Below, in pieces: positions 10,201 to 19,167 of a DNA stretch of 53,158 bases (positions within the stretch are counted from its first letter, which is position 1; every line of letters starts with the position of its first letter). The notes under the pieces are model-generated. The model had not been told where the DNA came from and searched no databases. It was given only the letters and a program-made list of their open reading frames with translations. Source of the DNA: a virus (Duplodnaviria > Caudoviricetes). The stretch spans positions 1-53,158 of IMG/VR virus record IMGVR_UViG_3300008952_000067; one strand, 5' to 3'. A program made the translations under genes and the position numbers.

Positions 10201-10684
10201 CAATAAATTGCATACCGCCCTGTAGACGGGAGTCATTGGTATGGGTGGTAATAGCGGTGTCATCTGCATCGGTGAGGGCCCCGCCGACGTGTTCTGGTAA
10301 CCGTGGAAGACCACTATATTCGTTATCGCTGCCGTCATTGCTAACGACGGAAAATCCAGCATTCTTCACGATACCGTGGGTGCTGGTGTTACTTATATCG
10401 GTAAGCGATTCATTTGCACCCGCCCCCAATACTCTCATATATGTGACCGCTTTTCGGTGCTTCAAAAATTCTCGAACTGCATACGGGCCAAACCTGTGAG
10501 GGTCGAGGCTACCGAATGTCGTCTCAAAGTCCGCAAACGAACCAACTGTCACTGGTACGAAGGCCGGTCCCTTTACTGCGGTACCGATAATACCCCCAGG
10601 GGTGCCAGTAGGCGATTGCTTACGTGCTGATAGATCAATTTCCTGTTCAAAAAATCCAGGCGATCGGAATGTCTGTTCTGCCAT
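7211..10684 (-). CDS. Tail sheath protein 1 (gp18-like, ~1157 aa)
   Basis: Start reassigned to MAEQTFRSPG at 10684 (AAGGAG SD; matches paralog N-term); PWFAPAGFNRG, FGQKT, SALDRVNVRR, PTRAIEFI. Confidence 0.95.
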   Translation of the reverse strand: MAEQTFRSPGFFEQEIDLSARKQSPTGTPGGIIGTAVKGPAFVPVTVGSFADFETTFGSLDPHRFGPYAVREFLKHRKAVTYMRVLGAGANESLTDISNTSTHGIVKNAGFSVVSNDGSDNEYSGLPRLPEHVGGALTDADDTAITTHTNDSRLQGGMQFIVARHEVKVMESEGFPVFTDNDSMDSDGADDNMVNLVRASIMVSSGTRLLIADGDQDLSAVAWASTAPNDYATIVAHDASTSDRGTFKLILSSSTGVDYGRDEGVPGLRVMTASLDPSNVSYIGKILNTDPDKFQEHEHLLWCDYAVEAELASVDETTHSVALLRGHKANYSDRDGDTQAAGQREYLQSFGRFDTRYTTPTTSWIISQPYGGTEYELFRFESLSDGAWANDKLKVSIANLRASTDPAYEYGTFEVQIRKFSDTDLQKEVLESYPECNLDPQSDRYIARQIGDYKVLFDFDAEDDEERRMVISGKYPNRSSVVRVLMNDLVDSGDACLPKDMLPFGFRGVPALKTNQLLSDGTDAHANPSALLHADAAAVAVAEAGNGAGTGWRLFGHDPDNAAGDTALAGGDDQTETGLVSAIVPPLPFRFKCSRGSVYAGEEADLDATRNGGGDHSFIGHPGDNERADSRFYWGVKTTRTPETGSMSNAALNANVSSKANPLVAAYTRFQGIAKLDNVTTGSGADDLNNNKFTLARVAFSNPISEADGTLRDLQGDAGAIEAEITGSVGAHMLEAAYIRNGVVDSSTYCIEDALLLDSSPAVRPRMTLATLVHNNKIKFNRFSEYCKFTTIFYGGHDGVNTLDYDISRMNDRASSSDDDGKARSDFLDDGLLHAKDMTEPDTDPVEPNNTSGAGRENNIVASYRKAVNMMTDAMTVNTNILCIPGIRDAYVTSHAADRTKAYSKAIYLMDIPYFTEDNTRLFAGTPSHSLLKPDVRETAEAFESRALDNNYSATYFPDVYIDDPLNNLKVRVPASIAALASLAYNDKVAYPWFAPAGFNRGALDMVSNVTTRLTAGDRDNLYDSRINPIAVFPNAGFVIFGQKTMQMKKSALDRVNVRRMLLEVKRLIVSVANNILFEPNTPQTRARFIGAVQPLLALVQAQAGVESFQVVMDDTNNTIEDYDNNRLNGRIVVVPTRAIEFIAIDFIITKSGVMFE

Positions 10685-10769
10685 TAGAAGATTCTCCTTG
10701 GACTCATGTCGCTCTTTACTAAGTATTGGGTATAATACCAAACTTCTTGTTTACTATGCTCTCTAAACA

Positions 10770-12128
10770 TTATATTTCCCCCAAATCTGAGGATAGGCCT
10801 TCACGATAGACGGTTTCTCCCTTTCTTTGGTTTCTCGTTTTAACTCTAACAATCTTGGTCACTTTCTCTCCAGTAAATGGATCATAACTAATCCGTAGGG
10901 TTTGCTGTACAGCATCGCTAGCTGTATATCCCCCAAGCGAGGCCTGAATCTTTTCTGGCGACTTCGCTCCTACGGATGATTTATATGACGCAGCTCGATT
11001 ATCGGCTGCAGCAATACTAGCGCCACGCTCATCAACTCCCGCTTGCCGAAGGGTTGATGCCGGCCCAGATGTCCCGATTCCCTGTCCGGGCAATGGAGAA
11101 TCCTTCACGGCAAAATCATGTAATATATATGCATTTACGTTGCTAGACTGTATCCCTGCTGGGACTGGATTAACTGGAACACCCCCAGGGCTATTGGACG
11201 CAAAGGCAGTTTCTGGTGCAGAGACATATTTTCGGAGCGCATTAGATGATCCAGGATAATCAGGCATTATAAGATAACCAGGTACGCTGACATTAAAGCT
11301 ATACTTTACTAGTCTCTCATCATCACTAAAATCTTCATAGTTACTAGCCGGGGAAACTGATGCATCGAAATATGCAACAAACCAATATCCCTTGTCAGAC
11401 TCGATTCGGTAACTACGGGCCCGTGAATCATGATAAGTTGTCATTACTGCAGACAATAAATCATTCATTTGCTGTGTATACTGCGCCCAAAATGTAACCT
11501 CATACTCTACTTGGAAAAACTTTGCAGGGGGCATCGTTATAATCTCGAACATATTTGCACCGTCGAGATGAGCCTTTACCCATTTTCCAGATCTAGTATC
11601 TTCATTAGGACTAACGTCAATTCTTCTAGAGGCTATCTCACCGGGCTCAGTCCCAGCACCATCGTCCGAACCTATTTTATGCTTTGTATGATCAGCACTC
11701 GCTTGATTCTTAAGGCCCCGCTTATTAAGCAATCTTTGATACCGAGGATCATCTTTACTAAGCTTTTTCTTAATAACACTCGGTCCACCCTGACCTGGAC
11801 CCATTCCGCGCTCTGGACTTTGATTTATCTCTGTACGCATGATCGAAACCAGTGGCAATATTAAGGCTCCCGCCTTATCTCGCAGTGGTTGTCTTCGGCG
11901 GAGGATGGCGAACCTTTCCCCAGTTGCAAAGATGACAGGTGCCCTTTTAGAGGCCCCCTCAAATATATGAAATAAGGGGATATCGTTGTTGAAAAGGTTA
12001 AATAGCGCTCGGTCAACATCTTCCAATGTACACGGCGGAAGATACTCATCTGTCGCGACATTTTGGCCTTCATACCCGGTCGGCTTTGAAACACCATCTA
12101 ACGTTGTTTTATCTAGTCTAGTTCCCAT
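10770..12128 (-). CDS. Tail terminator / sheath stabiliser (T4 gp15-like)
   Basis: PVIFATGERF, LILPLVSIMRT, VEYEVTFWAQYTQQMN, ERLVKYSF..V.GYL motifs; between neck and sheath genes. Confidence 0.7.
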   Translation of the reverse strand: MGTRLDKTTLDGVSKPTGYEGQNVATDEYLPPCTLEDVDRALFNLFNNDIPLFHIFEGASKRAPVIFATGERFAILRRRQPLRDKAGALILPLVSIMRTEINQSPERGMGPGQGGPSVIKKKLSKDDPRYQRLLNKRGLKNQASADHTKHKIGSDDGAGTEPGEIASRRIDVSPNEDTRSGKWVKAHLDGANMFEIITMPPAKFFQVEYEVTFWAQYTQQMNDLLSAVMTTYHDSRARSYRIESDKGYWFVAYFDASVSPASNYEDFSDDERLVKYSFNVSVPGYLIMPDYPGSSNALRKYVSAPETAFASNSPGGVPVNPVPAGIQSSNVNAYILHDFAVKDSPLPGQGIGTSGPASTLRQAGVDERGASIAAADNRAASYKSSVGAKSPEKIQASLGGYTASDAVQQTLRISYDPFTGEKVTKIVRVKTRNQRKGETVYREGLSSDLGEI

Positions 12129-12136
12129 AATACCTC

Positions 12137-12802
12137 CTACTCATCACCGTAAAATGATGAATCAGTGGTACCTATGTTGGCCTTTGTAGATACCTCATGG
12201 GGACCTGAAATAGGCGCTTCCAGCTTACCATCTTCCTGTAATTGGCGTACATCGCCTGTTTTGCCTTCGCTATTTTCTTCAACGCCTCGCTGTTGTACAA
12301 ATGTATCTTGCACGGCGTCGGCATCGGTATTTTCTTCCGATGTAGGACCGATAGGCTTAAAGTTAATTTGTGCTTTCCGGGCCTGCTTACCGGTTATTTT
12401 ATAACCAGTTTGATGCTCAACCTGGCCGTAGACGTTTTTATCAACAATAGCAGAGATTATCTCAAAGAATAATTGTCCATAGCTAAAGTAATCTCCGGTC
12501 TGGACCTTTATGTCCTTATTTAGTAAGTCACGCGCATGAAGAAATACATCAATCGTAGCAGTCTCTTCCGCACCAAACCGAGTGGTCTTGAAAGACCCGG
12601 GTTGCCACTCAACTAGAGCGTCAATCTCGATTGGAGGGTCGAATACCTTCTCCATTGCTTCTTCATATACTGCGTGCACTTTTGTTAGATCCTCTCTAAT
12701 TCTGTAATAAAATATTTTCTGTCCAATAACATCCTTCGTGATTTCCTTCGTTAAATCTGAGATATAATCGATCTCACGTGGTGTTACAAAAAGCCTGGCC
12801 AT
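12137..12802 (-). CDS. Head closure / neck protein (T4 gp14-like)
   Basis: GQKIFYY, VYEEA..KVFDPPIEI, FG, GDYFSYG..FFEI pattern; synteny. Confidence 0.7.
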   Translation of the reverse strand: MARLFVTPREIDYISDLTKEITKDVIGQKIFYYRIREDLTKVHAVYEEAMEKVFDPPIEIDALVEWQPGSFKTTRFGAEETATIDVFLHARDLLNKDIKVQTGDYFSYGQLFFEIISAIVDKNVYGQVEHQTGYKITGKQARKAQINFKPIGPTSEENTDADAVQDTFVQQRGVEENSEGKTGDVRQLQEDGKLEAPISGPHEVSTKANIGTTDSSFYGDE

Positions 12803-12812
12803 AATTCATCTC

Positions 12813-14048
12813 CTACCCGACAATAATTGCTTTGCCTCCGGGAGGTGGCATATGACTTAAAATTTTGCGCATATTCTCTACAGTTCCAGCTTCATCCTCG
12901 ATCATTTTACTATATGTTAACTCAGTTAGAGTCTCACGTAGCTTCGTTGATAGATTCTCTTTCTCTTCACGGCCCTGCGTCACTAAGTCCGCACCGTTGA
13001 GCTGTAGTTCACCTCCCGGAATTGGGACAGAACCAAACTTTGATCTTATTAAACCTAATAATTCTTTACTTAGCGCTAACGTCATCTGGCGCATCCACTG
13101 TCGGCCCATGGAGTTGATTTTTCCAAACTCAAGATTACCGTATGGGATATTAGACAGATTGCTTACGCCATAAATTGTATCATCTTGATACGACGCGTTG
13201 AACGGATCGGGACTATACGCAACTCTTATCCATAGCTTCTTAGGATCATCGGCCGTAGGCTTCGGAAAAATTCGAATCTTAGTGCCTGATGTCCTATAAG
13301 AATAATTCGAACGGCGGACTCTATTGGAAATATCCATCTGGCCTGCGCGCAGGATGTCTTCGAAGACCGGTAATACATAGAAAACCGTCTCCGGTGTAAA
13401 TGACTCGAATGAAAACTCATTATTCAAATAATTGATTGCCGAGGAAGTATCAAAGAAACGATACGCCGCAGAGGGGGAGAAGTGCATGATCTCCATGATC
13501 TTCATCTTCGTCTTAAAGCTCCCCTGGAGGTCGAATATCTTATTATCATCCTCATCGACCAGATCATTATAGATATCGTAGTCCTGTTGATCCTTAACTA
13601 GCTGGATTGACCCAGACACAGAGTCGTATGATCCACCCATTCCCACATCGTGAGCATAAGGTGAGGCACGATGGAGCATGAACTCAAGGTTCTCCAGAGG
13701 ATACGTTTGCTCTTTGCCTGACGGACCCGTGTATAACGTCCTGTCTCTTGCATCGCCAGGTTGACCTTGCACAACTTGAGTAAAAGTGTCTACACTACCG
13801 GTGGGGATGCCAAGTAAATTCATTAACTGTGATTGCGCTTGGAACTCGTTTATGATGCTACCATACTCAAGGAACGATTCTTCAAAACAAGCCCAAACTT
13901 GCTTCTTTGTTAGTTCAACACTGAGGATATCATCACCGAGCTTTCTCTTAACAAAGGTCACCATTGCATCAGCCTCTTGCTGATATGCAACGTCTGCATC
14001 AAAAAATCCAAATGGAGTTGGATTAAGTGTCTGTGCAAATGTGGCCAT
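12813..14048 (-). CDS. Neck / head-tail adaptor protein (T4 gp13-like)
   Basis: KRKLG...SVELT, WMRQ.TLAL.KE.LG.IRSKF..VPIPGG...LNG..L motifs. Confidence 0.85.
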   Translation of the reverse strand: MATFAQTLNPTPFGFFDADVAYQQEADAMVTFVKRKLGDDILSVELTKKQVWACFEESFLEYGSIINEFQAQSQLMNLLGIPTGSVDTFTQVVQGQPGDARDRTLYTGPSGKEQTYPLENLEFMLHRASPYAHDVGMGGSYDSVSGSIQLVKDQQDYDIYNDLVDEDDNKIFDLQGSFKTKMKIMEIMHFSPSAAYRFFDTSSAINYLNNEFSFESFTPETVFYVLPVFEDILRAGQMDISNRVRRSNYSYRTSGTKIRIFPKPTADDPKKLWIRVAYSPDPFNASYQDDTIYGVSNLSNIPYGNLEFGKINSMGRQWMRQMTLALSKELLGLIRSKFGSVPIPGGELQLNGADLVTQGREEKENLSTKLRETLTELTYSKMIEDEAGTVENMRKILSHMPPPGGKAIIVG

Positions 14049-14080
14049 TGTTACTCCTATTAGGTGCGCCGCTCACTATC

Positions 14081-14087
14081 TAATTAT
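14081..14087 (-). promoter_or_regulatory. Late-promoter-like motif ATAATTA (representative copy)
   Basis: AATAATTAGATAG here is identical to the copy around 29343; ATANNTA recurs in about 15 intergenic positions. Confidence 0.6.
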
Positions 14088-14175
14088 TCAGCGACACTGC
14101 CGATATTCCAGAGCAGCAGTTATAACAGCTTGAGAGATGACGGGACCTGTGCGGCGTTTACACACCCGCTCTCAG

Positions 14176-14222
14176 AAAAAAAATGAAAAAAAATGAAAAA
14201 GGCGGGCATTGCTGCCCGCCTT
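14176..14222 (-). terminator. Intrinsic terminator after the decoration-protein pair
   Basis: Minus strand AAGGCGGGCA-GCAA-TGCCCGCCTT followed by interrupted U tracts (TTTTTCATTTTTTTTCATTTTTTTT). Confidence 0.85.
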
Positions 14223-14246
14223 ATAAGTTGTGGACCCTAATTGTTA

Positions 14247-15095
14247 TTAGGCAACAACAACACCGGCACCCGGTGCCTTGCCGAATACCATCCAACCGTT
14301 ACCATCCCATACAAGGGCTAATAACATTGTTCGGTCAGCACTGTATGCAAAGGTAGCTGTCACGCTAGCAAGGCCGTCGTCAGATGCCGATACATAACCA
14401 GTGTATGTGACCGTCTGGTTCTGCCCTTCGGTATCACTGCGTGTAATGACCTTTACTGCACCGACGTGAGAACCGGCACCTAAAGTATATGCGGTAGCTG
14501 CCTCCATCTCACCTAACTGAGTACAGTCAAGAATTGATACACCATGAGTCTCTAATGCAAATGACTCTGAGTCGCCAGCACCGGCAAAACTCTGTGTTAC
14601 GGCACCTGTCATATTACCATTATCAGCAGTACCTGCTGCCTCATATGGCGTTGAGCCCTCGATTGCAAATGAACCGTCAGCATGAGCAGTCGCGTCGAGA
14701 TCAGCACCATCATTAACCGTAAGGCCGATATCGGCAGCCTCAAGAGCCACCTCTAGTGCAGCTGCCACAGCAGCGACTGCTGTTGCATCAACAACCTCAA
14801 CCATAACATACTCAATTGTATCCTCCACAGTTGGTCGTGTGGCGGGATCGGCATTATCAGAGGAGGTGAACCAAATGGTTACTTTCCCATTCGCGTTATA
14901 AACACTAAAGTATGTGCCATTCATATCGCTACCAGAGCCATCACTCCCATCCTGGGCACCATCAAGGACGGCAACTTGGACGACTTGTACTCCTAACGTT
15001 TTAATGGAAGGCTGGATCGCAACGCCCGTAACCTCGAATCCGCTTCCAGAATCCTGATATAATCCTTTTGCGGCTGTATAATTTACTTTTGGCAT
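14247..15095 (-). CDS. Putative capsid decoration / virion surface protein, paralog B (282 aa)
   Basis: Acidic, Ala/Gly/Thr-rich; shares first 20 aa (MPKVNYTAAKGLYQDSGSGF) and overall layout with 15106..15936; just downstream of major capsid. Confidence 0.55.
   Translation of the reverse strand: MPKVNYTAAKGLYQDSGSGFEVTGVAIQPSIKTLGVQVVQVAVLDGAQDGSDGSGSDMNGTYFSVYNANGKVTIWFTSSDNADPATRPTVEDTIEYVMVEVVDATAVAAVAAALEVALEAADIGLTVNDGADLDATAHADGSFAIEGSTPYEAAGTADNGNMTGAVTQSFAGAGDSESFALETHGVSILDCTQLGEMEAATAYTLGAGSHVGAVKVITRSDTEGQNQTVTYTGYVSASDDGLASVTATFAYSADRTMLLALVWDGNGWMVFGKAPGAGVVVA
14610..14648. repeat. 39-bp exact repeat, second copy at 15463-15501
   Basis: CATATTACCATTATCAGCAGTACCTGCTGCCTCATATGG present in both paralogs. 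Confidence 0.9.
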
Positions 15096-15105
15096 GATTC
15101 GCTCC

Positions 15106-15936
15106 TTATGCTACTGATACGCCGGCACCCATTTTAACGATAACCCAACCATTCCCGTCCCAACAGAGAACGAGAGTTCGAGAATCCGTATCAGTGTCGC
15201 CACCAAATGTGAATGTTCGAGCTGCGAGTGTAGTATCATTAGCAAGAAAGCCTGTACAGGTTAAAGTGTTGTCAGTATTTTCGGTATCATCGCGTGTAAT
15301 GACTTTGAATGCACCAACGTGGGCGCCTGATGCAAGGGTGAATGCGGTAGCTGCCTCAAGGGAAGCTAACGATGAAAGATCAAGGACTGAAACACCATGG
15401 GGCTCCAGCGCAAATGTTCTCTCATCACCGGCACCTGCTGCGGTCTGTGTTACGGTACCATCCATATTACCATTATCAGCAGTACCTGCTGCCTCATATG
15501 GTGTGGCACCCTCAATTATGAAAGAACCATCACCGGCACCATCGTTAACCTCAAGGGCCGAGCATGCTGCTTCAATGGCCACCTCGGCCGCGGCTGCATT
15601 AGCAGCGATAACATCAGCGTCCGCGACGGTAACCTGGACATATATGTCAGTACCCTCGACCGATGGTACGGTAGCAGGTGAGGTATTGTCTGAGGACGTG
15701 AACCAGACAGTGACCTTATTTGTATGATCATAAACACTAAAATACAATCCGTTTACGTCTGCACCTGTTCCATTACCGAGCTCACCACCATTGGTGGTGC
15801 CGTCTAATGCTGCGACTGTTACAATTTGGCGTCCGAGTGACTTAACGGAGGGCTGGATTGCGACGCCGGCAACCGAAAACCCACTTCCAGAATCCTGGTA
15901 CAACCCCTTTGCGGCTGTGTAATTTACTTTTGGCAT
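15106..15936 (-). CDS. Putative capsid decoration / virion surface protein, paralog A (276 aa)
   Basis: Paralog of 14247..15095; strong AAGGAG SD; C-term L.WDGNGW. Confidence 0.55.
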   Translation of the reverse strand: MPKVNYTAAKGLYQDSGSGFSVAGVAIQPSVKSLGRQIVTVAALDGTTNGGELGNGTGADVNGLYFSVYDHTNKVTVWFTSSDNTSPATVPSVEGTDIYVQVTVADADVIAANAAAAEVAIEAACSALEVNDGAGDGSFIIEGATPYEAAGTADNGNMDGTVTQTAAGAGDERTFALEPHGVSVLDLSSLASLEAATAFTLASGAHVGAFKVITRDDTENTDNTLTCTGFLANDTTLAARTFTFGGDTDTDSRTLVLCWDGNGWVIVKMGAGVSVA

Positions 15937-16097
15937 AATTTTTCTCCTTCTAATCTAGAGTTATAGCCCATATGCTTCCGGTGCGATGTATGGGTTCCAT
16001 CATTATGCTCGCTCCGGAACTATCATATACATATGGAACCAGAACGCAAACTGATCCATGTATATTGTACCACATACACATGAGATTTGCACGAGAC

Positions 16098-16129
16098 AAA
16101 AAAAAGGGGGCAGTCCGAAGACTGCCCCC
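16098..16129 (-). terminator. Intrinsic terminator after major capsid gene
   Basis: Minus strand GGGGGCAGTC-TTCG-GACTGCCCCC-TTTTTTTT; C(UUCG)G tetraloop. Confidence 0.92.
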
Positions 16130-16151
16130 AAGGTTTTAACCCGTTCTAAGA

Positions 16152-18089
16152 TTAGATGACGTTCATATCCAGTACGGTAACAGTACCGTAGAAGTCGGAA
16201 CGAACCATCTTCTTACCGTAGCGAGTCATGACACCCTTACGTGGGGTGAAGTCCTCAGGCTGGAAGATAGTAGGGGTAACAATGAGGGGCACGTACGGAG
16301 CGTAAACGTAACCGGTCTCAAGGTAGCTACCACCCTTGTATCCAACAAGGATTCTATTACGCGGGAAGTATGGGTCCTTGTAAACCGTAAAACGATTACT
16401 AAGGGTACCAGCCTTATCCGCGCCGATTGTCATCGGAGCACCAACCTGACCCTCGCCATCAAGGCTATAGGAAGGTCGATACATGACTGAAGACTCAAGG
16501 ATTGTTGCAACATCAGGTCCAACGACGATGAAGTTAGCGCTACCCCGAAGAGTCTTACGGTGAATTGTATTAGCAGCATCGATAATGGTCTCGATCAAAG
16601 TCTCGTACCATTCCCGAACTGTTCCAGTGAAGGCAGGCCCGCCAGCAAGGGACGAAGAAGCAGTTGCCTCAGCGCCAGTTTCCTTGTTGAGGAACTTACC
16701 AGGTGCACGGGACCAGTAAAGGTTCGCGCCATTTGCCTGTGTGAGGAGATCATTAAGAATCTCTCGGTCAATCTCTAGAGCGACCTGCTCGGACAGGATC
16801 TGGGTAAGCTCTACCTCAGCGTCGAGGCTGTGATAGGCATTCAGGTCCTGTGCAAGCTCTGGGGACCACTTGGCCTTGAGCTTACGAGACTGTGCAGTAA
16901 CTGCGACCGATTCAATCTTGATATCAATCTCTGGCATTGCAGCAGCACCTGCGGTTGTTGTACCAAGGAGGTCACCCTCAAAGGAAGGAACCACAAGAGT
17001 CGAACCATCATCATCCGTATCAAGGACTGAAGCCGCTGGGCCTTGTAGATCAATACTGGCCAGTGAGCTAGTATCAATAGCAACCCCTGTGCCGGACTTT
17101 CTTACAATTACCTTAAGCACTGCGTCTGTGTCCGTAGCGGCAATTAATGGATTCGCAGTAAAGGTACTACCATCCCATGTACCTAGCTCATTTAGACGCA
17201 GTACGTTCACAGCGTTAGAATTACCTTGTACTTCCTCCAATAAACCACTTGCGTGCATGCCACCACGATTGCCATCAGTATCACCCTCGATAAGAGCCAA
17301 CTGATTGACAAGGGAAAGGTCCATATTGGTGAAGATGTCGGCTGTGCCGGCCCCGTCGCGAAGATCGATGAACATTGCACTGTAGTAAGAAGTACCTTCA
17401 TCGATATGCTTGGAAATCTGCGGATCGAACATAATCAGTCGACCATCAGCGCCAGTATTGGCAAGATCATTCGTATCAGTGAATGTGCCACCTGCGAAGG
17501 CGCCACATGCATCATCTACGCCAGCAAGAGTACCAGCTGCGGCCGCACGGGTTGCATTATGGTCTAACACCTCACCCTCGTGGGTGTTTGTACGACGGGA
17601 GTAAGCAGTACCACCGAGGTCGTACATACCACCAACACCAAGGGAGCCAGAGCGAATGCCCTTACCACCTGGGCTGCTGTAAATGGACTCGCCCTCGTTC
17701 TGCCCACCGGCACCATCACTACCATATGTGTAATCCAGATAGAAAAGCAGTCCAGAAGGAAGGCTCATTGGCTGGATGCTAACAAGATCGTTAGCGATTA
17801 GTCCACCAAATACTCGGCGAACGATTGGGAAAGCCACATTCGAGAAGCCTCGAATATCGCCTGTTCCACTAGGATAACCTGTGCTACCACCGAGAGTATT
17901 CATCTCGCGGAGGAGCTGGCTAGCCTGATTCTCTAGCATACATGCCATGTTCTCGCGATTTACACCTCCGAGACCACGTAGAAGCCCTGTTCGGCTCCAC
18001 TTCTCAACCAAGCGTCGGTTTTGAGTGCCGAGATGGCGAGCACGAATGCCCTCCGTCAGCTGATTGAGAGAAAAACTTGAATTTGACAT
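16152..18089 (-). CDS. Major capsid protein (T4 gp23-like, 645 aa)
   Basis: FPIVRRVF, VSIQPMSLPSGLLFYLDY, SRKLKAKWSPELAQDLNAYHSLDAEVELT, YAPYVPL, FTPRKGVMTRY. Confidence 0.97.
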   Translation of the reverse strand: MSNSSFSLNQLTEGIRARHLGTQNRRLVEKWSRTGLLRGLGGVNRENMACMLENQASQLLREMNTLGGSTGYPSGTGDIRGFSNVAFPIVRRVFGGLIANDLVSIQPMSLPSGLLFYLDYTYGSDGAGGQNEGESIYSSPGGKGIRSGSLGVGGMYDLGGTAYSRRTNTHEGEVLDHNATRAAAAGTLAGVDDACGAFAGGTFTDTNDLANTGADGRLIMFDPQISKHIDEGTSYYSAMFIDLRDGAGTADIFTNMDLSLVNQLALIEGDTDGNRGGMHASGLLEEVQGNSNAVNVLRLNELGTWDGSTFTANPLIAATDTDAVLKVIVRKSGTGVAIDTSSLASIDLQGPAASVLDTDDDGSTLVVPSFEGDLLGTTTAGAAAMPEIDIKIESVAVTAQSRKLKAKWSPELAQDLNAYHSLDAEVELTQILSEQVALEIDREILNDLLTQANGANLYWSRAPGKFLNKETGAEATASSSLAGGPAFTGTVREWYETLIETIIDAANTIHRKTLRGSANFIVVGPDVATILESSVMYRPSYSLDGEGQVGAPMTIGADKAGTLSNRFTVYKDPYFPRNRILVGYKGGSYLETGYVYAPYVPLIVTPTIFQPEDFTPRKGVMTRYGKKMVRSDFYGTVTVLDMNVI

Positions 18090-18144
18090 TTTTATCTCCT
18101 TATTGATTAATATCGTTAGTCAAAATAGTTAACGCAAGTTCCAA

Positions 18145-19167
18145 TTACTTGATACCTGCAAGAACTGCCCAACGATCTACCTCAACGCCACTCTTGACCC
18201 CTGCGGATCGGGTTGATTTGGAAGACGAGCCTCGTGTAATTACACGCCCTTCTCTAAGGGAACGCTTGGCGCCCTTATTGAGGGAAGCAGTTAAGCTCTG
18301 ATATAACAACTTTGCTTCTCTAAGCGTCTTGGCCTTATCAAGGGCCTCAACGATGGCACGCTGTTGCTTTGGCGTGACATTTCTGTTCTGCATAAGCTTG
18401 TTTGCATATAGCAACTTAGCATTAAACAGGTTCATCTCAGTTAGTTGAGTGCGGAGAGAACCAACCGCCTTCTTGTATTCAACCAACTGTCGGCCGAGAG
18501 CTCGTGTCTTGCGGCTCTCATTTACCTTATTAGTATTTCTGCGTGTGCGGGCTACACGGGCTGCGCGACGACGTCGCTCTGCAATCCGACGTGCACGACG
18601 ACGACGACTTTCTGGCATCGCATCTCCACCCTTCGGCTGTGGGCCGACATCGGGGAGTGGTGCATCACCAAGCTCATCCTCAAGCGCATTCAAGAGATCA
18701 TCTTCAGTAAAGTCGACAAATGGCTCTTCGCCAGCATCGCCTCCACCGAATGAGGAATCACCCGAGCCATCGACTGGGTCATTCTCTTGGAGGCGTCGCA
18801 TTCTGCGGAGTTCCCGACGTAGCATGTTCTCATCAATTTCAACAACTTCGTCTTCTTCCGAGCTGTCGACAACGATTACATCGCTTTCGCCATAGCCTTC
18901 AAGCTCCATCTCGCCACCGAGATCTTCTTCTTCACCACCTTCTTCAGCGCCGGCATCTTCTTCGCCTTCGCCTTCTTCGGTTTCAATTTCAAACTCGATT
19001 GCAAGGTCACCGAGAAGGTCTTCGACCTCTGTAGCTTCATCCTCGTCAGCGGGTTCGAGCGTTAAAACAGCATCGAGCTCATCAAGCTCTTGCTTCTCAT
19101 CTTCTTTTTGCTCTTCATCGCCCTCGAATAAAGTTCTGAAGAGACCTCTTCTCTGATTATAAGCCAT
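18145..19167 (-). CDS. Putative nested in-frame short scaffold (340 aa)
   Basis: In-frame ATG at 19167 preceded by TAAGGAGATAAA (same as the capsid RBS) and ATACTTA / ATATTTA motifs at 19236-19242 and 19182-19188. Confidence 0.55.
   Translation of the reverse strand: MAYNQRRGLFRTLFEGDEEQKEDEKQELDELDAVLTLEPADEDEATEVEDLLGDLAIEFEIETEEGEGEEDAGAEEGGEEEDLGGEMELEGYGESDVIVVDSSEEDEVVEIDENMLRRELRRMRRLQENDPVDGSGDSSFGGGDAGEEPFVDFTEDDLLNALEDELGDAPLPDVGPQPKGGDAMPESRRRRARRIAERRRRAARVARTRRNTNKVNESRKTRALGRQLVEYKKAVGSLRTQLTEMNLFNAKLLYANKLMQNRNVTPKQQRAIVEALDKAKTLREAKLLYQSLTASLNKGAKRSLREGRVITRGSSSKSTRSAGVKSGVEVDRWAVLAGIK

Noticed and set aside
1648-10684. Extracellular contractile injection system or tailocin, suggested by multiple sheaths
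   Set aside because: Capsid, portal, protease, terminase and neck genes are all present, so this is a complete phage module
10685-10741. ORF-track upstream starts for sheath 1 (also 19956, 22234, 25284, 32842)
   Set aside because: Downstream ATGs fit better by SD site, gene overlap or paralog/family N-terminus; some extensions run over promoter-like motifs
14175-14200. GAAAAAAAAT tandem repeat as a phase-variation tract
   Set aside because: Intergenic and adequately explained as the terminator U tract
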